DNA from: Candidatus Riflebacteria bacterium HGW-Riflebacteria-1
GTDB taxonomy: Bacteria; Muiribacteriota; Ozemobacteria; Ozemobacterales; Ozemobacteraceae
DNA length: 64,000 nucleotides
Direction of reading: 5' to 3'
Assembly: GCA_002839445.1 (NCBI GenBank)
Contig: PGYB01000007.1
Location: 110,558 to 174,557, forward strand
Below the pieces are notes generated by a model, which did not search any database, had not been told where the DNA came from, and worked only from the letters and a program-made list of their open reading frames with translations. A program made the translations under genes and the position numbers. This document shows positions 18,963 to 29,278 of this stretch, one piece after another; position 1 is the first letter of the stretch; each line of letters opens with the position of its first letter.

Positions 18963-19603
18963 AAGGTTCGCTTTACTTCCACTTCAACCTTCGCTCCAGA
19001 TTCGGCGATTACATGTGCAAATTCATAGGCATGCTTGTCGGGATGCTCAACTCGCACGTCAAGCGATACCAGGCTGCCGGCAGGAGGATCGTCAGGGTCA
19101 AAAAATGTGCGATCAATTTTGATACTGGCGACGTCTCCTATAACAGTATGATTACTGAAGGTTCTTTCTTTGTTCTCTGGATCTGAACCGTCTTCGAGAG
19201 TTTTTGTGTAGATAATCCTGCCACCGTCAAGCTTCAGTTCGCACTTGAATCTGGCGCCGCTGGTCTCGCTGGTCACATAGGGCAGGCAGATGTGCCATTC
19301 AGCAATCTTGCCGTCTCCAGTCAATTCTTCTGCAGCGGTAAGATAGAATTCATACCCGGTTTCGGTGATCTCAGTACCGCTGAAACTGACCGTGGTCATC
19401 GGTGTGGCTTTTTGCATTTCTTCGCGGACAAAGGTTAGTGCGTTGCGGAGTTTGTTCTGTGTGGCCAGCGACCAGCTGCCCTGTTGAAAGGACCTCGAAA
19501 AGCTGACAAAGACACGATAGCCAATCAGCAGCAACACCGATAGAATCGTTGCCGCCACCAGAATCTCAACCAGGGTGAACCCGGCCTTTTTTGCACATTT
19601 CAT
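18959..19603 (-). CDS. PilW/GspJ-like minor pilin
   Basis: KKAG|FTLVEILVA prepilin motif. Confidence 0.8.
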   Translation of the reverse strand: MKCAKKAGFTLVEILVAATILSVLLLIGYRVFVSFSRSFQQGSWSLATQNKLRNALTFVREEMQKATPMTTVSFSGTEITETGYEFYLTAAEELTGDGKIAEWHICLPYVTSETSGARFKCELKLDGGRIIYTKTLEDGSDPENKERTFSNHTVIGDVASIKIDRTFFDPDDPPAGSLVSLDVRVEHPDKHAYEFAHVIAESGAKVEVEVKRTL

Positions 19604-19747
19604 ATTCTGAAGTATATCATAGAGACAGACAGAAATACTATCCAGTAAAGAATACGGGTGTTAAAAGATTAACGTTACAAACAAAATTGCCGCGCAACAA
19701 AACGACTGGACATAAAATGCCTGAAGTTCTGACTGGCAGCACTTAAA

Positions 19748-21178
19748 TCAGCTTTTGTTGATGATTTCTTCGATTTTTTCGCCGGTCAAGAGGCTTATTA
19801 TCTCTGCAAGCGGACGTTTGCCAGGTCCCTCGGCTTCTTTTATCATAGCGTCGAGAACCATTATGGCATCGTTTTTGTAAGATTTAAACGTATTTATGAT
19901 CATGTCTTTTCTTATGCTGTATTTTTCGGTCTGGTAGATATTGAAAAGCCTTGGCACAATTTTGTCTGCGTGCATTGGCATTTTAGAAAAGGACTCGATT
20001 GCCCGGTAAACCAAACGGGGATCTTTGTGGCCGAGAAGTTGATAGACCTTTGGAAGACAAAATTCCGCGCCGGGCAGATCAATCTTTTCCAGGGCCTCAA
20101 GAGTTGCAAATACTGTTTCAATCTTGTCATCTTCGAGCAGACTCGAAAATTTACCCATTACCTCAGGGAATGGTTGCCTGATAACGCCGATTTTCCAGAT
20201 AATATCATGCTTTTTTTCGTAATCACTTTCCTTGTCATACTCATTCAGCAGTTGCAGTGCTTTTTCCCGCGATACTGCCAGATCAAAAGATTCGCCCTGA
20301 TCGTCTCCGTATGTCTGCTGCGTATCGTCGAATTGCAGTGGAGTGTCCAGAAATTGCGGTTCGGCATGCTTTACAACGTATGGTTGTGCTGTGTCGGAAG
20401 AGACCAATGCCGGCGCTAATCTTGCGTCGGCAGTCTTTATCTCGGCAGCTGCAGCGACTTCTGCCGCAATTTGAGCGGCTTTTGCCTGGGCTATGATATC
20501 TTTGCATTCTTGCAGCAAAGTCTTTGCTTTGGCTGCTTGTGCACCCTGCGGGTAATCTCTGATGTAATCGGCGAGCATTTCTTCTGATCTGGGATAAAGT
20601 CCGGCGTAAAAGTTGTATGCACCCAGATAAAACTGGTGCTCTGGCTGATTGGCGTTTTCGCTGAAATATTTGAGCCCTCTGTCAATGAAGCCGTAATCAT
20701 TTGCCAGCAGGCTGCGATCAAGTTCTACGGCCTCGACAAAAATTTTGTAAGACTCAAGAAAATCTTTGAACGAATGCTTGTAGCGCGCGGTATTAAGAAG
20801 TTCGCGAGCTTTGGCGGCAGCATCGGTGCTGTCTGCTGCTGCCTTTTTGGGTTGCGATTTAACCAGTTCCTGGAGTCGGGTTATACGGGTAGCAAGACCA
20901 TCAATGCCGGTTTGCAGCTCGCTGGCACGCATAAACGCCTTTAATGCCTGTTCGTAGTCATTGTCGGCCTCGTAGACGTAGCCGAGTGCCAGCCAGAGTT
21001 TGTAAGAGTTCCTGTCAATCTTGAGCTGGCGTGCAAGCAGACCTTTTGCCGCAGAATAGTCTTTTTGTTTGATGAATTCCTGGGCCTGGTTCAGTATGGC
21101 TGAGCTATCAGCCGCGTAACCCGTTAAGCTAAGCGTTGTTGCCAGAATTGTGGCAACAAGAAAACTGTTTGCTCTCAT
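19748..21178 (-). CDS. Secreted TPR + HEAT-repeat protein
   Basis: Signal peptide, TPR-like WLALGYVY..DYEQALKAF, C-terminal HEAT-like repeats. Confidence 0.7.
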   Translation of the reverse strand: MRANSFLVATILATTLSLTGYAADSSAILNQAQEFIKQKDYSAAKGLLARQLKIDRNSYKLWLALGYVYEADNDYEQALKAFMRASELQTGIDGLATRITRLQELVKSQPKKAAADSTDAAAKARELLNTARYKHSFKDFLESYKIFVEAVELDRSLLANDYGFIDRGLKYFSENANQPEHQFYLGAYNFYAGLYPRSEEMLADYIRDYPQGAQAAKAKTLLQECKDIIAQAKAAQIAAEVAAAAEIKTADARLAPALVSSDTAQPYVVKHAEPQFLDTPLQFDDTQQTYGDDQGESFDLAVSREKALQLLNEYDKESDYEKKHDIIWKIGVIRQPFPEVMGKFSSLLEDDKIETVFATLEALEKIDLPGAEFCLPKVYQLLGHKDPRLVYRAIESFSKMPMHADKIVPRLFNIYQTEKYSIRKDMIINTFKSYKNDAIMVLDAMIKEAEGPGKRPLAEIISLLTGEKIEEIINKS

Positions 21179-21224
21179 AATTTTGTCCTTCTCGTGAAAA
21201 ACAGCGAATTTCAGACAAAAACAA

Positions 21225-21296
21225 AGCGGGAGACGGGACTCGAACCCGCAACCACCTGCTTGGAAGGCAGGGACTCTACCATTGAGTTACTCCCGC
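21225..21296 (-). tRNA. tRNA-Gly(TCC)
   Basis: Reverse complement GCGGGAG...CTTCCAA anticodon loop...GGTTCGAGTCCC...CTCCCGC. Confidence 0.95.
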
Positions 21297-21318
21297 AGAT
21301 ACCCATTCCGGTGAGGAT

Positions 21319-21400
21319 TGCGAAGGGCGGGACTTGAACCCGCACGGTGTTAACCACCAGATCCTAAGTCTGGCGCGTCTGCCAGTTTCGCCACCCTCGC
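21319..21400 (-). tRNA. tRNA-Leu(TAG)
   Basis: Reverse complement GCGAGGG...CTTAGGA loop, long variable arm, GGTTCAAGTCCC. Confidence 0.95.
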
Positions 21401-21490
21401 TTAAGGGTCACTACCGCAACAGTCTAGCAGAAATGCTTCGGATTGGCAATAAAATTTTGAGCGCGCCAGTTTATCTGTTACCATTGTTTT

Positions 21491-22000
21491 ATGGATCTGA
21501 AGAATCCTGATATGCGCGCCTCAATGCTGAGCTTTGATCAGTTCGACGAACTGTTCAGAGGTGCCCTTGCTGAAATTCCCGAGCACTTTCGCGAAGGCGT
21601 GGCGCAGTTTATCATCGAAGAGAGCGTTCACAACTACAGCAGTTACATGCGTGGGCTGTATGTTCTGGGCCATTACATGCCGCGGGGCCACTTTGGCAAT
21701 CCGGTGGTTATTCTCTATTTTGGCTCCTTTCTCAAGGCGTTCCCACATTACCGGATTTCTGAGTTTCGCTCTGAGATTACCAAGACGCTGACCCACGAAT
21801 TGCTGCATCACTGGGAAAACCGCTCAGGTATCGATAACCTTGGCGAAGAAGATCGTCAGCAGCTTATTGACTGGAAAATCAAAACCGGTTACGTGCCCGG
21901 ATCAGTTTCGACAGGCAAAAACTATATTGAGGCCGCATTTTTTGTCTACCTGGTTTTCATCTTTGTTGGTCTGCTGGCGCGCTGGATGGGACTACGCTGA
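21491..22000 (+). CDS. Zinicin-like metallopeptidase family protein with C-terminal TM helix
   Basis: TLTHELLHHWE (HExxH), ALAEIPEHFRE; hydrophobic C-terminus. Confidence 0.7.
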   Translation: MDLKNPDMRASMLSFDQFDELFRGALAEIPEHFREGVAQFIIEESVHNYSSYMRGLYVLGHYMPRGHFGNPVVILYFGSFLKAFPHYRISEFRSEITKTLTHELLHHWENRSGIDNLGEEDRQQLIDWKIKTGYVPGSVSTGKNYIEAAFFVYLVFIFVGLLARWMGLR

Positions 22001-22057
22001 TTTGACTGACTTTTTGTCACTGGACTTGTTGTCAGTAAAATTTTATAATCAGCTATC

Positions 22058-23302
22058 ATGAATAAGACCATTGTTGCTGAAATAATCAGTGTGGGGACCG
22101 AGCTGCTGCTCGGCGAGATCATTGATACCAACGCCGCTTTTCTTGCAGAAAGAATGCGCGACCGCGGAATATTCGTTTATCGCAAATCAACGGTCGGTGA
22201 CAACATTCATCGCCTGACCGTGGCTTTAAAAGAAGCCTTGCAACGTGCTGACCTGGTGATTGTCGGTGGCGGACTTGGTCCGACCGACGACGACATGACC
22301 AGAGAGGCCATCGCCAGTGTCGTCGGCGAAGAGCCTTATCTTGATTCGAAGCTGCTTGAGAGTCTTCGTGGTATGTTTGCTGCGCGTGGGCGCGCCATGC
22401 ACGAAAGCAATAACAAGCAGGCCTGGCTGATTAAAAGCGCGGTTGCTTTGCCCAACCCGGTTGGCACCGCTGCCGGGTGGTTTGTTAGCATCGACCAGAA
22501 AGTTATTGTTGCTTTGCCAGGTCCACCGCATGAACTCAAAAAAATGTGGCACGAGCAGGTAGAGTCACGCCTGCCGGTGTCTGATCAGTTCATCTATCAT
22601 CGCACTATTCACACTGCCGGAATCGGCGAATCTGATCTGGCTTCAAGAATAAGTCAGTTTACCAGACTTGAAAGTCCCGGCATCGGAACCTACGCGCGAA
22701 ACAGTGGCGTTGACATACGTGTTGCCGCGGTGGCGCCAACTATGGCGCAGGCAAGGGCTGTGGCTGACCCTGTTCTTATGGAAATCGCAGCGATATTGTC
22801 GCCATGGATCTTCGGTTATGACGACGAGACACTGGTTTCTGCAATTATGAAAAAGTTGCTAGCCGCCAGGCAGACCTTTGCCTGTGTTGAATCAGTTACG
22901 GGCGGCAGCCTGGCTGCAGAAATCACCGATTGCCCTGGTATCAGTTCATGCTTTGCCGGATCGCTGACCGCATACGCGAATTCGGTAAAGATTGGCGCCG
23001 GTGTTGCCGAAGAGCTGATAAGAGAGCATGGTGCAGTATCTGAGCCGGTTGCGCTGGCGATGGCGCGGGTGGCCAGAAAAATGTTTAATGCCGACTGGGG
23101 CCTGTCTACTACTGGCGTTGCCGGTCCAGATAGCCTCGAAGGCAAAGTGGCGGGTACTGCGTGGATTGCTGTAGTCGGGCCGAATATCGAATGGTCGCAG
23201 CTCATAGACTGGCCTGGTAGCCGGCAGATGATCAAAAATCGTATCTGTCGAAGTGTTTTTCAGAGTTTTTTTAAATTACTCAAGGAAGAAAAGTGCCGAT
23301 GA
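22058..23302 (+). CDS. cinA: Competence/damage-inducible protein A (MoCF domain + PncC/CinA domain)
   Basis: VGTELLLG, GGLGPTDDDMT, ESVTGG, HGAVS and TTGVAGP. Confidence 0.93.
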   Translation: MNKTIVAEIISVGTELLLGEIIDTNAAFLAERMRDRGIFVYRKSTVGDNIHRLTVALKEALQRADLVIVGGGLGPTDDDMTREAIASVVGEEPYLDSKLLESLRGMFAARGRAMHESNNKQAWLIKSAVALPNPVGTAAGWFVSIDQKVIVALPGPPHELKKMWHEQVESRLPVSDQFIYHRTIHTAGIGESDLASRISQFTRLESPGIGTYARNSGVDIRVAAVAPTMAQARAVADPVLMEIAAILSPWIFGYDDETLVSAIMKKLLAARQTFACVESVTGGSLAAEITDCPGISSCFAGSLTAYANSVKIGAGVAEELIREHGAVSEPVALAMARVARKMFNADWGLSTTGVAGPDSLEGKVAGTAWIAVVGPNIEWSQLIDWPGSRQMIKNRICRSVFQSFFKLLKEEKCR

Positions 23303-23856
23303 ACGAATCACTCAGACTCTTTTTTGCAATCGAAGTGCCCGAAGAAATGCGCAACGAAATCGCCCGGTTTGGCGAAACCCTTGATCGTAGCTGGAAACCG
23401 TCGCATCCGGGGCAGCTCCATATTACACTCGCTTTTATGGGGGCTGTGCCTCATGAAGAACTTGCCAGGGTTGTAAAGGCTGGCGAAGATGCTGCCAGCA
23501 GGCTGGCAAGTTTTTCGCTGGCGATATCTGATACAGCCGTATTTCCTGAAACTGGCGAACCTCGTGTTCTCTACGCTCAAGCTGATGGCGGAGAACCGTT
23601 GCTTGACCTGGCAAATAACCTGCGTCAACAACTAGTTGACCTGGCTGACACCAAAAAAGTCAAACCACATCTGACATTGGCACGTAATCGTGGCACCAGA
23701 TCTGCCCGCCGCGTTTTGCGAAAATTCAGAGGCAACTGGGAAGTCGCTGAATTTGTACTGTTCAAGAGTGTTCTCACGGCAGATGGCGCCAATCATGAGG
23801 CATTGCAACGCTTCAGATTGAACGGCGCCGCCAGCGTCGACAGCAGCGACAAATAG
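23299..23856 (+). CDS. thpR: RNA 2',3'-cyclic phosphodiesterase
   Basis: RLFFAI and two HxT motifs (LHITL, PHLTL); ATGA overlap with cinA. Confidence 0.9.
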   Translation: MNESLRLFFAIEVPEEMRNEIARFGETLDRSWKPSHPGQLHITLAFMGAVPHEELARVVKAGEDAASRLASFSLAISDTAVFPETGEPRVLYAQADGGEPLLDLANNLRQQLVDLADTKKVKPHLTLARNRGTRSARRVLRKFRGNWEVAEFVLFKSVLTADGANHEALQRFRLNGAASVDSSDK

Positions 23857-23861
23857 AAGAC

Positions 23862-23909
23862 AAAAAAAACGCGACCCGTTACCAGGTGGTAGCGGGCCGC
23901 GTTTTTTTT
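23862..23909. terminator. Bidirectional intrinsic terminator
   Basis: A8-stem-loop-T8 between convergent genes. Confidence 0.85.
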
Positions 23910-23911
23910 GC

Positions 23912-25252
23912 TTACTTGTTGAAGTTGGCGTCGTGCATTGCTTTAATGCGTTCGAGCGATCTTTTTACGTCAGCCACTTTGCGTTTGTAAGGCGCGATAT
24001 ACTCTTCAATAATCTGTGTGCGGCTTGACAGCAGACGGTCGTAATCATCACGGGCTGAGCGAACGTCGCGTTCGTAAGGCCTGAGATAGTCTCTGATGAT
24101 CTGTTCGCGGTTTCTGCGAACATCGATCAGTTCTCGATTAGCATTGTCAAGATTGCGTTTGGCACGTTCGATATCTTCGGGCAGGGTCGCGGTATTCTTG
24201 GTGAGCTCATTAAGGCGATCCTGTGCGCGTTTTGCATTGAGTTCAGCGTTGCGCACGCGGTTTTCGTATTCACGGTCGGCGTCATATCTTGCCCGGCGCA
24301 GACGGTCTTCGGCGACTTCTATGCTGTTTCTGGCCTGGCGCACGCGGTCTTCAAAATTGCGTTCAGCAGCTTCGCGCTGGCGCTCAAGAATTTCAAGGGC
24401 CACGCGGTAATCGTTCTGGTGACGTTCGAGTATGGCAAAACTGACGAGTTGCGGCGTCTCGTTCATGTCGTTGGCTAACAGCTCGACAGCTTTGCGGTAA
24501 TCTTTGCTTGCCTGCAGGAAATTGCCGTCATAAGCCTTTATGGCCTTGGTAATGTAAACGTCAGAGAGGCGTTTGTAAAAGTCAGGGTAATCTTTGGGGC
24601 GCTGCGGGTAATTGTATTGTTCGATAAGATTAAGGGCCGCAAGCTCAGCTGAGTTTTCTGACCATGGATTCAGAATCTCGAAAAGCCAGTAAACTGCTTC
24701 GCGCATGCTGCCGTCAAGTTTGTAGCAGTCGACTACTTCAAGTAGATTGCTGTCAGTTCGACTCATTTCGAGCAGCCACTTAATAGACTGCTGGTAATCT
24801 TTTTTTGCCTTGTAGCACGCTGCAATGCGGCTTCTGACTTCGTCAGTGCGGTTTTCGACCTTGAGATAGTATTCAATGGCTTTTTCATATTGCCCATGTT
24901 TTTCAAAAGCATGTGCAACATCGAAAACCATCTTCTGCACCTGCTGGGCAGTTGATTTCATCTCGTTGTATTTTTCATTTACCAGGGCTTCTGACTTGGC
25001 GATTTCGCTTTCAAGGGCTTTTTTCTTGCTGCCCTGAAACCAGCCACTCGCGCCATCATATTTTGAGCGATCCTGCTGCAGTTTGTCGAGCCTGAGTTCT
25101 GGTTCGAGCAATTGAGTTTCAATGCTTATAAGCTTTTTTTCAAGGTCTTCGATGTCTTTTTCTTCGGCGGCACCGGCTGCTGTGATGAAAGGATTGATAG
25201 CCATGCTTACCGAAAAGATACCAGTTAAAATCAGATTCTTATTGATGTTCAT
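23912..25252 (-). CDS. Secreted TPR-like and long coiled-coil protein
   Basis: Signal peptide, YEKAIEYY-type TPR segments, Arg/Glu-rich heptads. Confidence 0.65.
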   Translation of the reverse strand: MNINKNLILTGIFSVSMAINPFITAAGAAEEKDIEDLEKKLISIETQLLEPELRLDKLQQDRSKYDGASGWFQGSKKKALESEIAKSEALVNEKYNEMKSTAQQVQKMVFDVAHAFEKHGQYEKAIEYYLKVENRTDEVRSRIAACYKAKKDYQQSIKWLLEMSRTDSNLLEVVDCYKLDGSMREAVYWLFEILNPWSENSAELAALNLIEQYNYPQRPKDYPDFYKRLSDVYITKAIKAYDGNFLQASKDYRKAVELLANDMNETPQLVSFAILERHQNDYRVALEILERQREAAERNFEDRVRQARNSIEVAEDRLRRARYDADREYENRVRNAELNAKRAQDRLNELTKNTATLPEDIERAKRNLDNANRELIDVRRNREQIIRDYLRPYERDVRSARDDYDRLLSSRTQIIEEYIAPYKRKVADVKRSLERIKAMHDANFNK

Positions 25253-25274
25253 GTGGTTTTTTCCCTTCATTTTC

Positions 25275-26288
25275 TCAGCGGGCGTCAACGTATACGTCAC
25301 CAAGGTCGATCTTGCTGAAGTATACTGCGGTGCGCTGGCTGCCGTTTTTAGACATTACCCAGATCTCGGCGAGTGCATTTTTGAGCTGAAGTTTCTTTTC
25401 GCCGGCAATGGTTTCGAGAGTGCCGAGGGTAGCGAGTTCTTTGTAGTTGTTTTCGGCAAGGTATCTGGTCGGATCTTTTTCAACGACAGATTTATACCAG
25501 GAAAGTTCGCCCATAACGCCGTTAGTTGCAGTTGGGGCAATTTTGAAGTCTACTGATTTTTTTCCTGACCAGAAGCCGCCAGAAGTGATTCTGACAATTG
25601 CTTTCATGTCATTCTGAATCAGGTCGCCGCCGAAGTGGCCGAGAATGGCGTCAACCACGAATTTGCGTCCTGAGAAGTAGAAGGTGTGCGTGAGTTCGTT
25701 GCTGCTATCGCTGTTTTCTGAGAGAATTCTGCAGTTGTGTCTCTGAAAAATGCTCTTGAGATTATCGAGGCGTCTGTTCTTGTCAGTGTCGGTGAAAGAG
25801 ATGGTTGCTTCGACTACTGGAATGTTGATCATTACCAGGCGGCGCTGGCGGCGATTCATAAGCAGCTCAGGTGCTGCCGCGGCGCGGCCGCTCTGGCTCA
25901 GGGTGATTTCGGGGGCTATTGCGGTGCTGCCGGTTACAAAGCTGGCGCGCTGCTGCAGAAGCTTTTCGACTACAGCAACAGTATGGGCGTTCAGGTCGCT
26001 GTCAGCCGCGAAAGAGGTCAGAGCGTTCTGTGCTGCTGAAAAATCCGCGGGAGTTTCTATGTTGCTGATGATGTCTCTGATTCTTTTCTCAGCTTTGTCT
26101 GCGCGGTCGGCAGCGCCTTCGAATGCCTGTTTCTCGGCACTGTCAGCTTTCTCGCTGGCCAGATAAGCAGCCTGGGAAATGGTCTCGGCATAATTGCCCA
26201 GACAATTGGTAAAATCAGCCTGATCAAAAGCAAAGGCTGAGAGAGAGACCAGAGTTAAGAACAAAACCAGGGCGGTCTTTCGCAACAT
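25275..26288 (-). CDS. Secreted hypothetical protein
   Basis: Signal peptide MLRKTALVLFLTLVSLSAFA; RBS GAGG. Confidence 0.65.
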   Translation of the reverse strand: MLRKTALVLFLTLVSLSAFAFDQADFTNCLGNYAETISQAAYLASEKADSAEKQAFEGAADRADKAEKRIRDIISNIETPADFSAAQNALTSFAADSDLNAHTVAVVEKLLQQRASFVTGSTAIAPEITLSQSGRAAAAPELLMNRRQRRLVMINIPVVEATISFTDTDKNRRLDNLKSIFQRHNCRILSENSDSSNELTHTFYFSGRKFVVDAILGHFGGDLIQNDMKAIVRITSGGFWSGKKSVDFKIAPTATNGVMGELSWYKSVVEKDPTRYLAENNYKELATLGTLETIAGEKKLQLKNALAEIWVMSKNGSQRTAVYFSKIDLGDVYVDAR

Positions 26289-26521
26289 ATCTCGTTTACC
26301 TTCCTCTAAATGTTTAAGGATGTGACAAATAAAGCAAATACTGTACCATCGTCTGAAGCCCTTTTCCGAGGTCATTTGTGTAATAGATGCAAACTTTATG
26401 CTTATTTTCTGGCAGCTGCTCAGCTCAATTTTCAGCACCCGCCTGTTGCGTGCCATCGGTTGCAATTTCGAGGGGGAAGAAGTATATTACGCCGTGAAAA
26501 TGCAACCAAAGGATTCTAACA

Positions 26522-27574
26522 ATGACTAATAAATGCCTGTCTTTATGTCTGATTGCCGCTCTTTTTGTCAGCAGCAGCCTGACCGCGCAAACAGCCAGTC
26601 CCGCAAAAAAGCCTGCTGCAACAACCAAAAAGGCTGCTCAACCGGCCAGCACAAAAGCCGCGCCGGCAAAGTCTGCTTCGGCACAACCCGCCCCTGCGAT
26701 ACAAAGAACAGCAAGCGGTACTGTCGATACTGCCAAAATAGACCCGATTAAGCTGGCCAACCAAATGATGATGGTTTTCATGGAACGCATGAAAGCTGGA
26801 AACTACTCGGAAGCCAGAGAGATAGCCAACCAGATGATCTTTGGTCATGACAGCTTCAAGTCTACCGAGAGCAAACAATACAAAAGCTTCCATTCGATGA
26901 TGGAAAAAGAACTGTATCTGCTTCTTGAAGGCCGCCAGGGTCGCAAGCCAGAAGTAGAATGGGTAGAACAGCCGATTTCTGATGGGTTCTATCTGATTTC
27001 TATTCTTGACTTTCAAGAGGGCAAGCCTGAAGAAGCGCTTGCCAACATGCAGCGCGCAGTTTTTTGGAACCCGGTTCGCTCAGCTTTCTACAGCGAACGC
27101 GGCTTTATGCTGCTGAGAAACAGCGCCGGCCCGAATATTCTGATGGCACAGGTGGCCTATATTAAAGCGCTTGAACTCGCTGACAATGCTGAAGACTTTG
27201 CTGCCGCCCTGCGTGGTCTGTCGTTTATCTTTGTAGAGCGCCGTATGCCTGATGTGGCACTCGCATGCCTTCTGGTTGCCAGGAATTTTCTGCCGCAGGA
27301 CAGTGAAATAGAAGAAGAAATGTTTTTTATCAGGCGCAATTTTCCGGCACTTTACGATTCAATGGATCTTGCCGGCGCCCGTCGGACTCTGAGTAGCAAC
27401 CGCATTCTTGCTGATTACGCTCCCGAGCATGTGCAGGTATTGATACGCCTGGCAGATATCTTTAAATCACCAAAAGATGCGCCGCACGCGCTGAATCTCC
27501 TGCGCAGAGCCTTGGAAATGTCGCCCACAAATAAAGAAGTCGTTCGTCGCCTGCAGGTTCTCGAAAAGAAGTAG
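26522..27574 (+). CDS. Secreted TPR-like protein with Ala/Lys/Pro-rich N-terminus
   Basis: Signal peptide and TPR-like helices. Confidence 0.65.
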   Translation: MTNKCLSLCLIAALFVSSSLTAQTASPAKKPAATTKKAAQPASTKAAPAKSASAQPAPAIQRTASGTVDTAKIDPIKLANQMMMVFMERMKAGNYSEAREIANQMIFGHDSFKSTESKQYKSFHSMMEKELYLLLEGRQGRKPEVEWVEQPISDGFYLISILDFQEGKPEEALANMQRAVFWNPVRSAFYSERGFMLLRNSAGPNILMAQVAYIKALELADNAEDFAAALRGLSFIFVERRMPDVALACLLVARNFLPQDSEIEEEMFFIRRNFPALYDSMDLAGARRTLSSNRILADYAPEHVQVLIRLADIFKSPKDAPHALNLLRRALEMSPTNKEVVRRLQVLEKK

Positions 27575-27582
27575 ATCTGCGG

Positions 27583-29019
27583 CTAATCGATACTGGTCGG
27601 GTGGGAGAAACGATATGGCAGGTTGCGAAAAATCTTCCAGACCCCGTCTTCGCGGCGCCATTCAACAACAGCCTTGATCTGCCCTGAGTCGATGTCGACG
27701 CCTGGGATCAGGTTTATAACCCTGACCTGGGCTGTGCATTTTACTTTTGCCCGGTCAGTCTGGTAAAAGTCGATGGAATCAACTGAATAATTGGCGATTT
27801 TGACATCCATGGCGTCAAAACGGCTTTTTGTGCAGGTTCTCAGGTCGTTGTATGTGCTGTTTACATCCCAGTCGTTGCCAAAGTTCTGTGAGATTCGAGC
27901 AGCAACCACGTCGATCTTCTCAGTAGCCAGGGCGGCCTGCAATTCGCGGTGCGCGTCGGCGATCTCTCCCCAACGACTGTCAGCGTAGACTTCTGTCGGG
28001 TGGGTGTCGCGATATGGCATGTTGCGGTAAACTTTCCAGAAGTTGCCTTCTTTGCGCCACATAGCATCAAACGTATAGGTTTTGTCGCGCACGATTTCTT
28101 CAGTACGCAGACTTTTGAGCCTGATTTTTGCTTCTGTGCGCACTCTTACCAGATTATCGGGCAGAAACTCGCTGCTTTTGATTGTCCAGCTGACATCGGT
28201 GAAAATGAAGTCTTTGAACAGATCTGTATAATGGCTGATAACATCAGTCCAGGTCGAGGTAGTATCCCAGTCATTAAGGAATGAGGGTGACACATAAACC
28301 TTGAGCAACTCTATATCGCTGCGTAAGAGAATATGCCGCAGTACACTGTTGGCTTCTCTGATCATGATTTCGCGCTCAAGAATCTGGCTGGCCGCTGAGC
28401 TTGCTGCATTTTTTACCGCTGCCAGATCGAGAACGGTCTTTGGCACTGCAGTTTTTGGCAGTTGCAGGCAGAGTTTGATCGCAGTGACGACTTCGGCAAC
28501 CAGTGCTTCATACTCGCGCGCCCTGATGTCGGCTGCGGTAAGGTTTTTGTCGATGCTGAGGCCCTGCTGCCAGATAAGTGCTTCGGCTGTGGTCTGCAGA
28601 TTGAGCAAGAGTTTGCTGAGATCGTTGTAATAAAGCTCATCACTTGATACGCGGCGCAACAGTGCAATTTTGCCGGCTTCGGCCCGCACAACCAGATCCT
28701 CGGCAAACGGAACTTTGTTTAATGCAAAGTTGCCAGTCTTGTCAGACCGCGAGCTTACGCCACCGGCTGACACCATGAATGTAGAAAAATCGCTGATTGC
28801 CACGAGTGTGCCGCGCAGAGAACTCGTCAGGTCGGTTTCGATGATTTCTGGCAGCTTGATCTGGCCTGAAAGAGTGAAATGACTGGCGTCAGGTAATGGG
28901 TTAAAGCGCAGATCGCCTTTGCCGGTACAGCCGTTGAACAAAATGAGCATGGCAAGAAGGATTGCTGAGTAAAAAAGGTTGCCATAACGTCGTTTTGGCC
29001 TGAATTTTTTGCGCGTCAT
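27583..29019 (-). CDS. Lipoprotein with two tandem NTF2/SnoaL-like domains
   Basis: Lipobox LFNGC; duplicated S..F.NDWD..ST and WR.E...WK..RN.PYR motifs. Confidence 0.7.
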   Translation of the reverse strand: MTRKKFRPKRRYGNLFYSAILLAMLILFNGCTGKGDLRFNPLPDASHFTLSGQIKLPEIIETDLTSSLRGTLVAISDFSTFMVSAGGVSSRSDKTGNFALNKVPFAEDLVVRAEAGKIALLRRVSSDELYYNDLSKLLLNLQTTAEALIWQQGLSIDKNLTAADIRAREYEALVAEVVTAIKLCLQLPKTAVPKTVLDLAAVKNAASSAASQILEREIMIREANSVLRHILLRSDIELLKVYVSPSFLNDWDTTSTWTDVISHYTDLFKDFIFTDVSWTIKSSEFLPDNLVRVRTEAKIRLKSLRTEEIVRDKTYTFDAMWRKEGNFWKVYRNMPYRDTHPTEVYADSRWGEIADAHRELQAALATEKIDVVAARISQNFGNDWDVNSTYNDLRTCTKSRFDAMDVKIANYSVDSIDFYQTDRAKVKCTAQVRVINLIPGVDIDSGQIKAVVEWRREDGVWKIFRNLPYRFSHPTSID

Positions 29020-29278
29020 TTTGCCTCCGCCAATCATCTATAGATATCTTTCGTCAGATTCTGCAAAAGTCATGAGAAGCAAAATCTCTGGCGTGATTCA
29101 ATCGAGAACCCCTCGGAATCAATAGACACCCACCCAGGCTGATGTAGCATAAAGCCGCAGTAGATAAGGTTTTAAATCGTGAATTTTGCCGTCAGAGGTT
29201 GTTTTGTGTTATGCTGAAATCCTACACAATTAAAGGCGCGTTGATTTGCGCCGCTCAGGATCGAATGGAGGCATTAAG

